This document shows, piece after piece, positions 44,475 to 52,764 of a stretch of DNA of 52,764 nucleotides (the first letter of the stretch is position 1; each line of letters starts with the position of its first letter). The position numbers and the translations under genes are program-made. The notes under the pieces are model-generated. The model had not been told where the DNA came from. It saw only the letters and a list, made by a program, of their open reading frames with translations, and searched no databases. This DNA is from Candidatus Methanophagales archaeon. GTDB taxonomy: Archaea; Halobacteriota; Syntropharchaeia; Alkanophagales; Methanospirareceae. Location: contig JANJFQ010000002.1 of NCBI GenBank assembly GCA_025435355.1, forward strand, positions 1 through 52,764, read 5' to 3'.

Positions 44475-44656
44475 TTTTTGACACCTGATTATTTTTAGGG
44501 AGCGATTTATTTAAAGAAGAACGGTTTATTTATCGATATCGGTTATATTTGGTTTGAACCGATATAATGGATTGAAAAAAAAAATCCGTATCCATTCTGG
44601 TAAAAACAACTAGTTTTTTATACTTCTTCTCGCATACACATAAAGCGTGATCGCAG

Positions 44657-45490
44657 ATGGAAGTAGTAAAAATAGGATTTGTAAAATTGGGAAACATAGG
44701 GACTTCGAGAATAGTGGATTTGTTGCTGGACGAGAGAGCTGACAGAGAGGATATAGACGTTCGTGTGTTGGGTACGGGAGCGAAGATGACGCCGGAAAAT
44801 GCGGCAGACACTGCCCGCTTAATGGACTGGGACCCGGATGTGGTGGTGATAATCAGCCCTAACGCTGCTCTTCCAGGTCCTAAGCGTGCACGTGAGCTGG
44901 TAAAAGAGAAGGGCAAGCCTTGCATCGTTATCTCGGACGCACCTGCGAAAAAAGCGGTGGATAAGTTAAAGGAAGGAGGGTTTGGATACATTATAATACC
45001 CGGAGACCCGATGATAGGAGCGAGAAGAGAGTTTTTAGACCCCGTGGAGATGAGCCTGTTTAATGCTGACGTCCTTTCTGTTCTGTCCGTAACAGGAGTA
45101 GCAAAATTAGTGCAAGAGGAAATTGACGCCGTTATAGAAGCGATAAAGAAAGGTGGAGAAGTGAAATTACCACAGATAATAGCAACTGCGGAGAAGGCAG
45201 TAGAGAGGGCGCGGTTTTCAAATCCGTATGCGAAGGCAAAAGCTATTGCGGCTTATAACATGGTGGAGTGCGTAGCGGATATGGATGTAAAAGGGTGTTT
45301 CATGATGAAGAACCCTGAGGAGTATGTGCCAATGGTGGCGGCAGCGCATGAACTGTTAAGAGAAGCGGCAAAGCTTGCCTACGAAGCGAGGGAAATGGAA
45401 AAGCAGTCTGACAGCTTAGTTCGTGAGCCTCATTCCAGAACAGGGGAGATAATGAAGAAGGTGAAATTAATGGAGAAGCCGAGTGCGTGA
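44657..45490 (+). CDS. mtd: F420-dependent methylenetetrahydromethanopterin dehydrogenase
   Basis: Motifs are KIGFVKLGNIGTS..DLLLDERADRED, GARREFLDPVEM and NPYAKAKA. The pattern matches Mtd along its whole length. Confidence 0.95.
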   Translation: MEVVKIGFVKLGNIGTSRIVDLLLDERADREDIDVRVLGTGAKMTPENAADTARLMDWDPDVVVIISPNAALPGPKRARELVKEKGKPCIVISDAPAKKAVDKLKEGGFGYIIIPGDPMIGARREFLDPVEMSLFNADVLSVLSVTGVAKLVQEEIDAVIEAIKKGGEVKLPQIIATAEKAVERARFSNPYAKAKAIAAYNMVECVADMDVKGCFMMKNPEEYVPMVAAAHELLREAAKLAYEAREMEKQSDSLVREPHSRTGEIMKKVKLMEKPSA

Positions 45491-45557
45491 TTCCTCACGT
45501 CTCCCTCTTTTTTTATTCTTCGCGTAAACGCTTTTCTAAAAGAAAAAGGTTTAGAGA

Positions 45558-45630
45558 TGGGCCCGATGCGATTCGAACGCATGACCTTCGCCTCGTAAAG
45601 GCGACGTCATTCCAACTAGACCACGGGCCC
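45558..45630 (-). tRNA. tRNA-Val (anticodon TAC)
   Basis: The minus strand reads GGGCCCGTGGTCTAGTTGGAATGACGTCGCCTTTACGAGGCGAAGGTCATGCGTTCGAATCGCATCGGGCCCA. The cloverleaf folds with anticodon stem TCGCC/GGCGA and loop TTTACGA. Confidence 0.9.
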
Positions 45631-45744
45631 TCTTCTTCCCCTCGCGTGCTCTCACATTAACGCTACAACAGATGTAAATATTTTATATTATACCATATCT
45701 CTTATTAGATTGAAAAGTTACAAGGTTAGAGGTTACAAAGAAAA

Positions 45745-46116
45745 ATGCGAGGGGGATTTAGAAAGGGAATAAGCATGAGCCCTAAGAAATTAAACCAGAT
45801 GATGAAGCAAGTGGGTATAAGTGTAGAAGAGATAAGTGATGTAGAGGAAGTAGTGATAAAAACTGCGGATGCTGAGCTCGTTTTTGAGGATGCCGTCGTC
45901 ACGATTATGGATGCACAGGGCTCGAAGATGTATCAGATAACGGGCACGCCGGTGAAACGCCCTAAGCCAGAATCTGAGCTTGAGGTGAGTATTTCGCCAG
46001 AAGATGTGGAAATAGTAATGGAAAAGGCAGGGTGCAGCGAAGCAGAAGCGAAAGTTGCGTTAACCGACACAAAAGGAGATTTAGCAGAGGCGATATCCCG
46101 GCTTTGTGAGGAATGA
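45745..46116 (+). CDS. nac: Nascent polypeptide-associated complex protein (archaeal NAC) with a C-terminal UBA domain
   Basis: Has the NAC domain ([23 protein letters not shown]) and a UBA-like tail ([31 protein letters not shown]). The likely start is the ATG at 45775. Confidence 0.85.
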   Translation: MRGGFRKGISMSPKKLNQMMKQVGISVEEISDVEEVVIKTADAELVFEDAVVTIMDAQGSKMYQITGTPVKRPKPESELEVSISPEDVEIVMEKAGCSEAEAKVALTDTKGDLAEAISRLCEE

Positions 46117-46949
46117 ATTTGGTTCAGCCGAAACGCATTGGGATGGTATGCAGGGGCGAGGATGAGGATGTATTAGTGTTAAAGAGGCTGATTGAGTGCC
46201 TGGATAAAAGAGTTGAGGTTATACTGGACGAAGAGATAGCATATAAGCTCAAAAAGCCGGGTATGAAAATAGAAGAGATGGATGTGGATTTTTTAATCTG
46301 CATAGGTGGTGACGGCACAATTTTAAGGGTGCTTCATTCTTTAAAGAGCCCTATACCCGTGTTAGGAATAAACATGGGTGCTATCGGTTTTTTAGCAGAG
46401 GTGCAGCCGGAAAATGCCGTTTCTACACTCTCGGGGCTATTAGGGGGGTTTGAGATGGAGAGGAGAGAGAGGCTTTCTGTGGAAGTAAAAGGGGAAATGG
46501 AGAAGATGCCTTATGCGATGAATGAAGTAGTGGTAATAACGCCTAAGCCCGGGAAAATGCTACATCTCGCCATCTTTGTGGACGATGATGAGTTAGAGCG
46601 GTTAAGAGCCGATGGTGTTATTTTTGCAACACCTACCGGGAGCACTGCGTATGCAATGTCCGCTGGCGGACCCATAGTAGACCCAGAGGTGAATGCAGCC
46701 ATAATAGTGCCAATTGCACCTTTTAAACTCTCCGCAAGACCCACAGTCGTAGATATAAGCAGAGAGATAAGTTTGGACCTCATGGGGATGAAGGATGCTG
46801 AGTTGGTCATAGATGGGCAGTTTTACAGGGAGATAGGGAAAGAAGATAGGATTAGCATTACGAGAGGCGAGCCTGCTTTTTTTGTGAAAATACGTGACAA
46901 ACATTTTTTGAAACTCCAGGACAAATTGCGAAGTGAGGAAGAAAAATAA
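46113..46949 (+). CDS. nadK: NAD kinase
   Basis: Motifs are GGDGTILR and [18 protein letters not shown]. Confidence 0.9.
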   Translation: MNLVQPKRIGMVCRGEDEDVLVLKRLIECLDKRVEVILDEEIAYKLKKPGMKIEEMDVDFLICIGGDGTILRVLHSLKSPIPVLGINMGAIGFLAEVQPENAVSTLSGLLGGFEMERRERLSVEVKGEMEKMPYAMNEVVVITPKPGKMLHLAIFVDDDELERLRADGVIFATPTGSTAYAMSAGGPIVDPEVNAAIIVPIAPFKLSARPTVVDISREISLDLMGMKDAELVIDGQFYREIGKEDRISITRGEPAFFVKIRDKHFLKLQDKLRSEEEK

Positions 46950-47000
46950 TGAAAAAATTAATATACATAGAAATTGAAAGTGTAAGAAAGTAAAGGGGGA

Positions 47001-47264
47001 ATGAAGATGGAAAAGATATCAGCACAGAAGTTGAATGATAAAAGGATTGTGGACTCAGAGGGTAGTGAAATGGGCGTGTTGCATAACATAGTAGCAGATG
47101 CAGGGACTGGTATGCTGACAGATCTCGTGGTTAGACCTGCGGCGGATCTTGACAGAAGCAAGTTCAGAAAGGAGGACGATTACATCATTATACCGTTTGA
47201 TGCAGTGAAAGCAATAAAGGACGTCATAGTAGTGGATAGTGTAAAGATGCGAGTACGGGCGTGA
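47001..47264 (+). CDS. PRC-barrel domain protein
   Basis: 87 aa with VDSEGSEMGVLHNIVADAGTGMLTDLVVRP ... IIIPFDAVKAI, a PRC-barrel pattern. Confidence 0.55.
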   Translation: MKMEKISAQKLNDKRIVDSEGSEMGVLHNIVADAGTGMLTDLVVRPAADLDRSKFRKEDDYIIIPFDAVKAIKDVIVVDSVKMRVRA

Positions 47265-47361
47265 CGGGATTTGAACCCGTGATTTGCAGCTTTCTCCCAT
47301 TTTGATCAATCTAACAGTTTGTTAGGAGGCTGCCGCCATGTCCTAACTAGGCCACACGCCC
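47256..47361 (-). tRNA. tRNA-Arg (anticodon CCT) with a 31-nt intron at the canonical 37/38 position
   Basis: The acceptor is GGGCGTG/CACGCCC, the T-arm is ACGGG-TTCAAAT-CCCGT, and the anticodon stem GCAGC/GCTGC encloses CTCCTA[31 nt]A. The intron maps to 47292-47322. Confidence 0.8.
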
Positions 47362-47470
47362 AAAACTTTTATTTTTAGAAAAGGTTTATTAAAGAAAAAC
47401 TTCTTCTTTTGACATGCAATAGGATAGATATTACTCTTACCTTTTAGCATTTCTCATGACATGACATGAC

Positions 47471-48889
47471 ATGACAACATTGCAAAAGAGCGTGGAAAAG
47501 GCAGCGGAAATAATAAGAGAACACGAATACGCAAAGGTAATCTCGCATTACGATGCAGATGGGATAACTTCTGCGGGAATTATCTGTAATGCCTTGCTTC
47601 GAAGAGGAATACAGTTCCATACGACGATTGTAAGCAAACTTGAGCGTTCTTTTATTCAAGGATTAAATGAGGAGCTCATTATATTTTGCGACATGGGCAC
47701 TGCGCAATCCGATTTGATCTCGGAGTATCTTAAAGAGAAGGATGTGATAATCATAGACCATCATGCTCCTTTAACTTCTGCATCAACATCAACATCAACA
47801 TCAACATCCCCGACATCATCCTTTGTCCTCATAAATCCTTATTGCTTTAGCGCAGAAGGGAAAAAGGAGAGCGAGATTTGTGCCGCAGGTATCTCTTATC
47901 TCGTGGCGAGGTGCTTGTCAGGTGACGGCGAAAGCGGTGAGGATAACATAGACCTCGCAGGACTTGCGGTGACGGGGACATTAGGCGATAAACTGGAGAT
48001 GGATAGTGGAATAAACAAAATGATTTTGGATGAGGCAATAAAAGAAGGTGTTATTTCGGTTAAAAAAGGGTTGAAGCTCGGCGATGGAAAAATTCGTGAT
48101 TTGATTCTTTTCTCTACTGACCCATATATTCCGCTTGTGGGTAAGGTGGAGTGGGTGGATGCTTTTTTGAATAAGGTGAGTATAGAAGGCGATAAGAAAT
48201 TGAGCGATTTAGAAGAGGAAGAGGAAAAGCGATTGACAACTGCTTTGTTATCACTATTAAGAGAATCTAAAGCAGACGTCAGTGAGGATACTCTGGTTGG
48301 AACCACGCACGTTCTACATTCTGAGGTGGTGAGAAATGGGCTAGATTTTATGAGGATGGTGGATGCCTGTGGTCGGTTTGGAAAAGCGGGTATTGGAATA
48401 GGACTGTGCCTGCGGGAGGAGAAAAGGATAGAAGAAGCAGCTTCGCTATACATAAAGTTTCAAAGCAAACTTGTTTCTGAGTTGAATAGGATAGAAAGCG
48501 GCGAGGGTATTATAAAAGAGCTCGCGAATATTTTCTATTTTTACGTGCATGAGCGAGGTATAACAGGCGTTTTAGCAGGAATAGTAGCGGAATATTTATA
48601 CACGGGAAAGCCTGTAATTGCGTTAAACAAGAAAGGTGGAGCAGAAGAAGGGAAGAGAGCGGAAACGAAAATATCTGCGAGGTGTGATAAGAAATTGCTA
48701 TCCGCGGGAGAATGCGTGGGAGAGGGGATAGACCTCGCGAAGGCAATGGAAAAAGCATCAAAAGAAGTAGGTGGTTATGGTGGTGGTCATCCTGTTGCAT
48801 CGGGGGCGTCTATTCCCGAGGGGTCCGAGGAGAAATTCGTAGCAACCCTCGATAAGATAATAGGCGAGCAAAAGGGAAAAAATTCGTGA
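47471..48889 (+). CDS. RecJ/GAN-like DHH-DHHA1 phosphoesterase
   Basis: Motifs are SHYDADGITSAGI, IIIDHH and GGGHPVASGA. An in-frame (TCAACA)4 microsatellite (47782-47805) encodes STSTSTST. Confidence 0.8.
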   Translation: MTTLQKSVEKAAEIIREHEYAKVISHYDADGITSAGIICNALLRRGIQFHTTIVSKLERSFIQGLNEELIIFCDMGTAQSDLISEYLKEKDVIIIDHHAPLTSASTSTSTSTSPTSSFVLINPYCFSAEGKKESEICAAGISYLVARCLSGDGESGEDNIDLAGLAVTGTLGDKLEMDSGINKMILDEAIKEGVISVKKGLKLGDGKIRDLILFSTDPYIPLVGKVEWVDAFLNKVSIEGDKKLSDLEEEEEKRLTTALLSLLRESKADVSEDTLVGTTHVLHSEVVRNGLDFMRMVDACGRFGKAGIGIGLCLREEKRIEEAASLYIKFQSKLVSELNRIESGEGIIKELANIFYFYVHERGITGVLAGIVAEYLYTGKPVIALNKKGGAEEGKRAETKISARCDKKLLSAGECVGEGIDLAKAMEKASKEVGGYGGGHPVASGASIPEGSEEKFVATLDKIIGEQKGKNS

Positions 48890-48907
48890 AGCGTTGGTAA
48901 AAATACG

Positions 48908-49096
48908 GTGGTTTTTATGCGATTCTCAGGGTTTCTGAGCGGGATACCAGCATTGGTGTTTCTGTTGCTTATCATCCTCATTCTTTTAGGCATATTATGG
49001 CTGATAGTTAAGTTATTGCCTTATATCATCATAGCAGTTGTAATTTTGATTTTGGTTCTTGTTTTGATGTATTTTTTGTGGAAGATTTTTAGCTGA
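48908..49096 (+). CDS. Small hydrophobic two-TM protein
   Basis: A 62-aa ORF that is almost entirely hydrophobic (IPALVFLLLIILILLGILWLIV..IIIAVVILILVLVLMYFLW). Coding status is uncertain. Confidence 0.3.
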   Translation: MVFMRFSGFLSGIPALVFLLLIILILLGILWLIVKLLPYIIIAVVILILVLVLMYFLWKIFS

Positions 49097-49190
49097 GAGA
49101 TTATGCTGTCAAATGCATAAAATACAGAATTCCGACTTCTTGCACCTTCACAATTTCTCGTGGAAATCTGTGTAATCTTGTGGTTATAAA

Positions 49191-50882
49191 CTAATGTGTG
49201 AAATACGCCACAACTTCTTTTCCCGCAACTGAATCAATCCTGACGAATCCGTATCGTTCGAACTGCACCACGTTCCCGAGTTCTGAAGCAATCAAAGGCT
49301 CGCCTATGCCTTCATCTATTCCATCGGGTCTCTTTACCGTAACTTTTATACCATCCGCGGGAGCCCATTGGATAACGGGCATGTCTGTTGTTGGTTGTGT
49401 ATCTATATCCCTTGCCACGAATGGCTCAGTGCTCTCTATTTCCACCGGGCCGAGATATTTTAATCTATATTTTTGACCCACCTTCATTTTTGCGAAATCC
49501 GCACCACTTATGTTACAGGCGTCACCAGTTCTTATCTCCCTGTAATCCTCACGTGAAGGATGCCTCAATGCCTTTGCCACAAAATATTTCGTCTCCTCTC
49601 GTTTCATTTCTGTTGGATTAAGCGTAAAAAAGTATCTCGATGCCGTCGCATCCACCATCTTCCTGTTCTCCGCATACAAATTCTTCATGCTCACCGCGAT
49701 GTCTGTTTGAGTAATGCCGATAGAGATAAAGAACTTACGAATCGCTTCTGGCTGAAAACCTCTTCTATGAAGTGCCTTTAGCGTTGGAAGTCTCGGGTCG
49801 TCCCATCCTTCGTATTCACCGCTTTCTATCCTCTTTCTTAGCTCAGAAGTGCTAAATTTACCGAACTCTTCCATTTTTATCTTCCCCCAATGCATAGTTT
49901 CAGGATATTTCCAGCCGAGATGGTCGTATAAAAACCGCTGTCTCTTTTCCGACTTCATCAGGTCTTTTCCCCTTATTATGTGCGTTATGCCGAGCAAGTG
50001 GTCTTCTATTGCTGATTCAAAGTCCAGTGTTGGCCATATCTCGTATTTTTTGCCTATCCTCGGATGCTCTCTTTTTAAAACTCTGAATGCGACCCAATCG
50101 CGTAAAGCCGGGTCTTCACTTGCCATGTCCGTTTTTATCCTCAGCACCGCTTCTTTTTCTTCGTAAACGCCTTTTAACATCTTTTCCCAACATTCTATAT
50201 TCGCTTCGACGCTAACAGCCCGATGAGGGCATGGTAGTTTTCGCTCTTTATACGTTTTGAAAACATCAGCAGGACAAAAACAGACATACGCTGCACCCTT
50301 TTTTATCAGCTCCTCCGCATATTTGTAATACAAATCCACACGTTCCGATGCCACTATTACTTCATCGGGTTCGGCATCCAGCCAGGTGCAATCCTCAAGA
50401 TACCAGTCATAAGCTTCTAATAAAGGTCTCTTCAATACTGGGTCTGTGTCATCAAACCTCAGAATGAACTTGCCGTTATATCTATTCGCATACTCCGAAT
50501 TTACGATTATGCCACGAGCACTGCCAAGTGTCGCAGCACCATTAGGATTGGGAGCGAATCGCATCACAACTTTTTCGCCTTCCGCAAGATGCAGTTCGCG
50601 TAGTCCAATTCCACGTTTTTCTTTCTCTTTTTCTTTCTCTTTTAGCTCTGCCATTAATTCCGGAGCTATCTTATTCAATTCTTCTACTCGCTCTTCCTTG
50701 CTCATTGACTCTATACTATTTATCTCCTCTTTCACCAATGTTGCGACCTGTTTCGCATCCTTTCTCAACTCTGGATGTTCACCGAGAATTTTTTTCAGCA
50801 CTGCATCCTCCTTAGGCGCTTTCTCATACCTGACAGCGTTTTGTAATGCATATTCCTTTATCTTTTTCCTTAGCTCTTCCAT
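49191..50882 (-). CDS. gltX: Glutamyl-tRNA synthetase, archaeal type
   Basis: Has RFAPNPNGAATLGSARG (the HIGH region), RFDDTDP and KFSTS (KMSKS-like). Confidence 0.95.
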   Translation of the reverse strand: MEELRKKIKEYALQNAVRYEKAPKEDAVLKKILGEHPELRKDAKQVATLVKEEINSIESMSKEERVEELNKIAPELMAELKEKEKEKEKRGIGLRELHLAEGEKVVMRFAPNPNGAATLGSARGIIVNSEYANRYNGKFILRFDDTDPVLKRPLLEAYDWYLEDCTWLDAEPDEVIVASERVDLYYKYAEELIKKGAAYVCFCPADVFKTYKERKLPCPHRAVSVEANIECWEKMLKGVYEEKEAVLRIKTDMASEDPALRDWVAFRVLKREHPRIGKKYEIWPTLDFESAIEDHLLGITHIIRGKDLMKSEKRQRFLYDHLGWKYPETMHWGKIKMEEFGKFSTSELRKRIESGEYEGWDDPRLPTLKALHRRGFQPEAIRKFFISIGITQTDIAVSMKNLYAENRKMVDATASRYFFTLNPTEMKREETKYFVAKALRHPSREDYREIRTGDACNISGADFAKMKVGQKYRLKYLGPVEIESTEPFVARDIDTQPTTDMPVIQWAPADGIKVTVKRPDGIDEGIGEPLIASELGNVVQFERYGFVRIDSVAGKEVVAYFTH

Positions 50883-50906
50883 TTTCGTTGTTCTTTCTTA
50901 TACAGT

Positions 50907-52379
50907 TTAAAAATATCTTCTTGCACTTTTAACAAAATTTTCAGCAAACCCTGTATAAGAAGCAGCATGCAGATGTGCAAAAGATGCAAGGCAGTTCTTT
51001 GAAATGATACCGTCCATTCCATCTTTTATACCCTCCCCTCTCAGTATATTATAAGCAAAATCAACGTTTGCCATATTTTCGAGCAGTATTTTAGAATGAT
51101 GGAATTCATGCCCCTTAAACCTGTCCCCTTTTTTCCCTAAGATGCAATCTTTCTGAAATTCACCCACCACATAGTTTACCACTCTCTTTTCACCGTTCAT
51201 CCTCGCTAAACCTTTTATCACACCGCACATCTCAAAACTACTGCCCTTATATTCGATCTGTTTCAGCAAATATATCAACCCACCACATTCCGCATATATA
51301 ACTCCATATCCCTCGTAAAAGTCTTTAAGGCTATTGCGCATTGCGCTATTCGAGGAAAGCTCATCTCCGTAAATCTCTGGAAAGCCGCCACCAATATAAA
51401 TGGCATCTACACCGCTAGGAAGCTTTTTATCCCGTATCGGGCTGAAATATACAAGTTCCGCACCTTCTAAAGCGAGTAAATCCAGTGTGTCGTGATAGTA
51501 AAAATTGAAAGCCTCGTCAAAAGCCACGGCAATTCTGACTTTAACCTCTTCACTTCTACCGGTCTTCGCATGAAAAATCCGTGATCCCGGCGTTTTCAGA
51601 GCACGTGCGGACTTTGCAACATCAAAAAGCACTTTTATATCAACATTCTCCTCTACCGACCTTTTTATCTTATCCAAAACACTGTTAAAATCATCCCATC
51701 TATTTTTACATTCCGTTGCGGTAACCAAGCCAAGATGTCGCATGGAGATTTCCAGATCGCTCTTACGAGGAATCTTACCGATAACTTTTACACCACAATA
51801 CCTCTCCACTGCCTTCTCCGCCTTCTCTCCATGTCTTTCGCTTCCAATATTGTTTAAAATAACACCAGAAATCAGTACTTCAGGATCAAAACTTTTATAA
51901 CCGCTAACCACTGCGGCAACACTCCTCGTGATGCTGCCCGCATCAATCACAAGTATAACCGGGCAGTCTAAAATCTTTGCTATCTGTGCAGTGCTTCCTA
52001 CGTCATCGAAATAGTTCAACCCTTCATAAAGTCCCCGCACACCTTCTATCACCGCAATATCCGCTCCCGTACAGCCCCTTATATATATCTCCTTCACCAC
52101 CTCGGGAGACATCAAAAAACCGTCCAGATTCCTCGAAGGTCTGCCAGAAACTAATGTATGAAACCCAGGGTCTATATAGTCAAGTCCAACCTTGAACCCC
52201 TGAACCACAAGCCCCCTCTCTCGCAAAGCGCCCAATAGTCCTATACACACAGTGGTCTTACCTACAGAGCTTCTGTCTCCTGCAATCACCACCCTTGGTA
52301 TTTCAAATACTTTTTCCTTCCCCATTGCCTCATTTTTCATATATGTTATTCTTCCGGTCCTTATATCTATTACATTCAA
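50907..52379 (-). CDS. cfbB: Cobyrinate/Ni-sirohydrochlorin a,c-diamide synthase (CbiA/CfbB family)
   Basis: Has the N-terminal ATPase P-loop VIAGDRSSVGKTTV and a C-terminal glutamine amidotransferase-like domain (AECGGLIYL). The cfbB versus cbiA assignment rests on methanogen context only. Confidence 0.8.
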   Translation of the reverse strand: MNVIDIRTGRITYMKNEAMGKEKVFEIPRVVIAGDRSSVGKTTVCIGLLGALRERGLVVQGFKVGLDYIDPGFHTLVSGRPSRNLDGFLMSPEVVKEIYIRGCTGADIAVIEGVRGLYEGLNYFDDVGSTAQIAKILDCPVILVIDAGSITRSVAAVVSGYKSFDPEVLISGVILNNIGSERHGEKAEKAVERYCGVKVIGKIPRKSDLEISMRHLGLVTATECKNRWDDFNSVLDKIKRSVEENVDIKVLFDVAKSARALKTPGSRIFHAKTGRSEEVKVRIAVAFDEAFNFYYHDTLDLLALEGAELVYFSPIRDKKLPSGVDAIYIGGGFPEIYGDELSSNSAMRNSLKDFYEGYGVIYAECGGLIYLLKQIEYKGSSFEMCGVIKGLARMNGEKRVVNYVVGEFQKDCILGKKGDRFKGHEFHHSKILLENMANVDFAYNILRGEGIKDGMDGIISKNCLASFAHLHAASYTGFAENFVKSARRYF

Positions 52380-52475
52380 AAGCTATTGTTCCCCTCATCG
52401 AAAAAAATCGCAAATTATTTAAGTGAGTTAAGTTGGTTTAATGACAGGAGCAGTTAATAAGAGAAAATAAATGGG

Positions 52476-52764
52476 GTGAGGAAATTGACAAAAGAGGAAG
52501 ATAGAGCAGTAGGAGAAAGCGAAGAAGACGTTGCTATCGTCTTAATAGGACACGGGAGCAAGTTGCCTTATGGAAAGGAAGTGCTGGAAGAGTTAAGATG
52601 GAAAATAGAAATGCGGGGGCTATTTAAAGCGGTAAGAGTTGCATTTATGCAATTGAATTCGCCAAGCATTGAAGAAACATTGAGAACCCTTGCTAAGGAC
52701 GGAATGAAGAACATAGTGGCACTGCCAGTTTTTTTAGCAGACGGGGCGCATACAACAGAGGACA
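52476..52764 (+). CDS. cfbA: Small CbiX-type sirohydrochlorin chelatase (CbiX-S/CfbA-like), 3' end beyond the window
   Basis: Contains VAIVLIGHGSKLPYGKE and ALPVFLADGAHTTED. The start is GTG 52476 or TTG 52485. It is divergent from the cfbB-like gene. Confidence 0.75.
   Translation, partial: MRKLTKEEDRAVGESEEDVAIVLIGHGSKLPYGKEVLEELRWKIEMRGLFKAVRVAFMQLNSPSIEETLRTLAKDGMKNIVALPVFLADGAHTTED

Noticed and set aside
44530-44991. 153-aa minus-strand ORF overlapping the mtd start and the hmgA-mtd divergent intergenic region, which contains the small palindromes tatcggtt...aaccgata and atggatt..aatcc..atccat.
   Set aside because: The ORF is antisense to mtd, whose identity is unambiguous. The palindromes may be regulator sites in a divergent promoter but are short and unsupported.
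47456-47475. (ATGAC)4 pentanucleotide repeat spanning the recJ-like start codon, considered as a phase-variation switch.
   Set aside because: Each upstream ATG is followed immediately by ACA-TGA. Only the last ATG opens the gene, and changing the repeat number would not alter its frame. This is a curiosity at most (three overlapping M-T-stop mini-ORFs).

Overview
Archaeal chromosomal window, probably a methanogen or ANME-type Euryarchaeote. Support: mtd, cfbA/cfbB-like genes, an fwdC-like gene, RadA, archaeal ApgM, PdaD, class I HMG-CoA reductase, archaeal-type GluRS and an intron-containing tRNA.

The window has two parts.

(1) Positions ~1-21600 are an accessory defence/mobilome island, and essentially every credible gene in it lies on the minus strand. 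In order it holds:
- an eroded type I R-M locus (intact hsdM flanked by truncated DUF1016 and RadC-like ORFs);
- a dGTPase-like HD hydrolase plus a nucleoside-2-deoxyribosyltransferase-like gene;
- IS debris;
- a radical-SAM/SPASM enzyme with an unusual Cys-rich C-terminal tail;
- a HerA/FtsK-type ATPase, a broken tyrosine-phosphatase gene and an unknown 336-aa gene;
- two small unknown genes, one of them a membrane protein;
- a HEPN-like gene split by an intact rve-type IS;
- a 1327-aa single-chain type IIG R-M enzyme;
- a HEPN/MNT pair.

The cassettes are separated by two non-coding repeat families. R1 is ~550 bp in 2 direct copies and carries the leader plus first codons of the type IIG gene. 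R2 is ~200 bp in 3 copies. This suggests cassette exchange behind conserved leaders. The candidates for an undescribed system are the ATPase/phosphatase/336-aa block, the dGTPase+NDT pair, and the rSAM enzyme with a possibly fused Cys-rich peptide. None can be proven from sequence alone.

(2) Positions ~21600-52764 are core genome:
- a repeat-rich surface glycoprotein;
- a hyp (NiFe-hydrogenase maturation) cluster that looks eroded: hypF lacks its N-terminal half, the Mrp/MinD-type hypB is frameshifted, and TA modules and remnants are interspersed;
- a TorD-like chaperone plus a polyferredoxin/MvhD-like protein;
- two polyprenyl synthases, a PfkB kinase, pdaD, radA, a CBS protein and apgM;
- an isolated uS14-uS8 pair, an FwdC-like protein, and an orphan A/V-ATPase c-subunit-like gene;
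- hmgA, mtd, tRNA-Val, NAC, NAD kinase, tRNA-Arg(CCT) with an intron, a RecJ-like DHH protein, and GluRS;
- divergent cfbB/cfbA-like genes.

All calls rest on motif recognition by eye. No database search was run.
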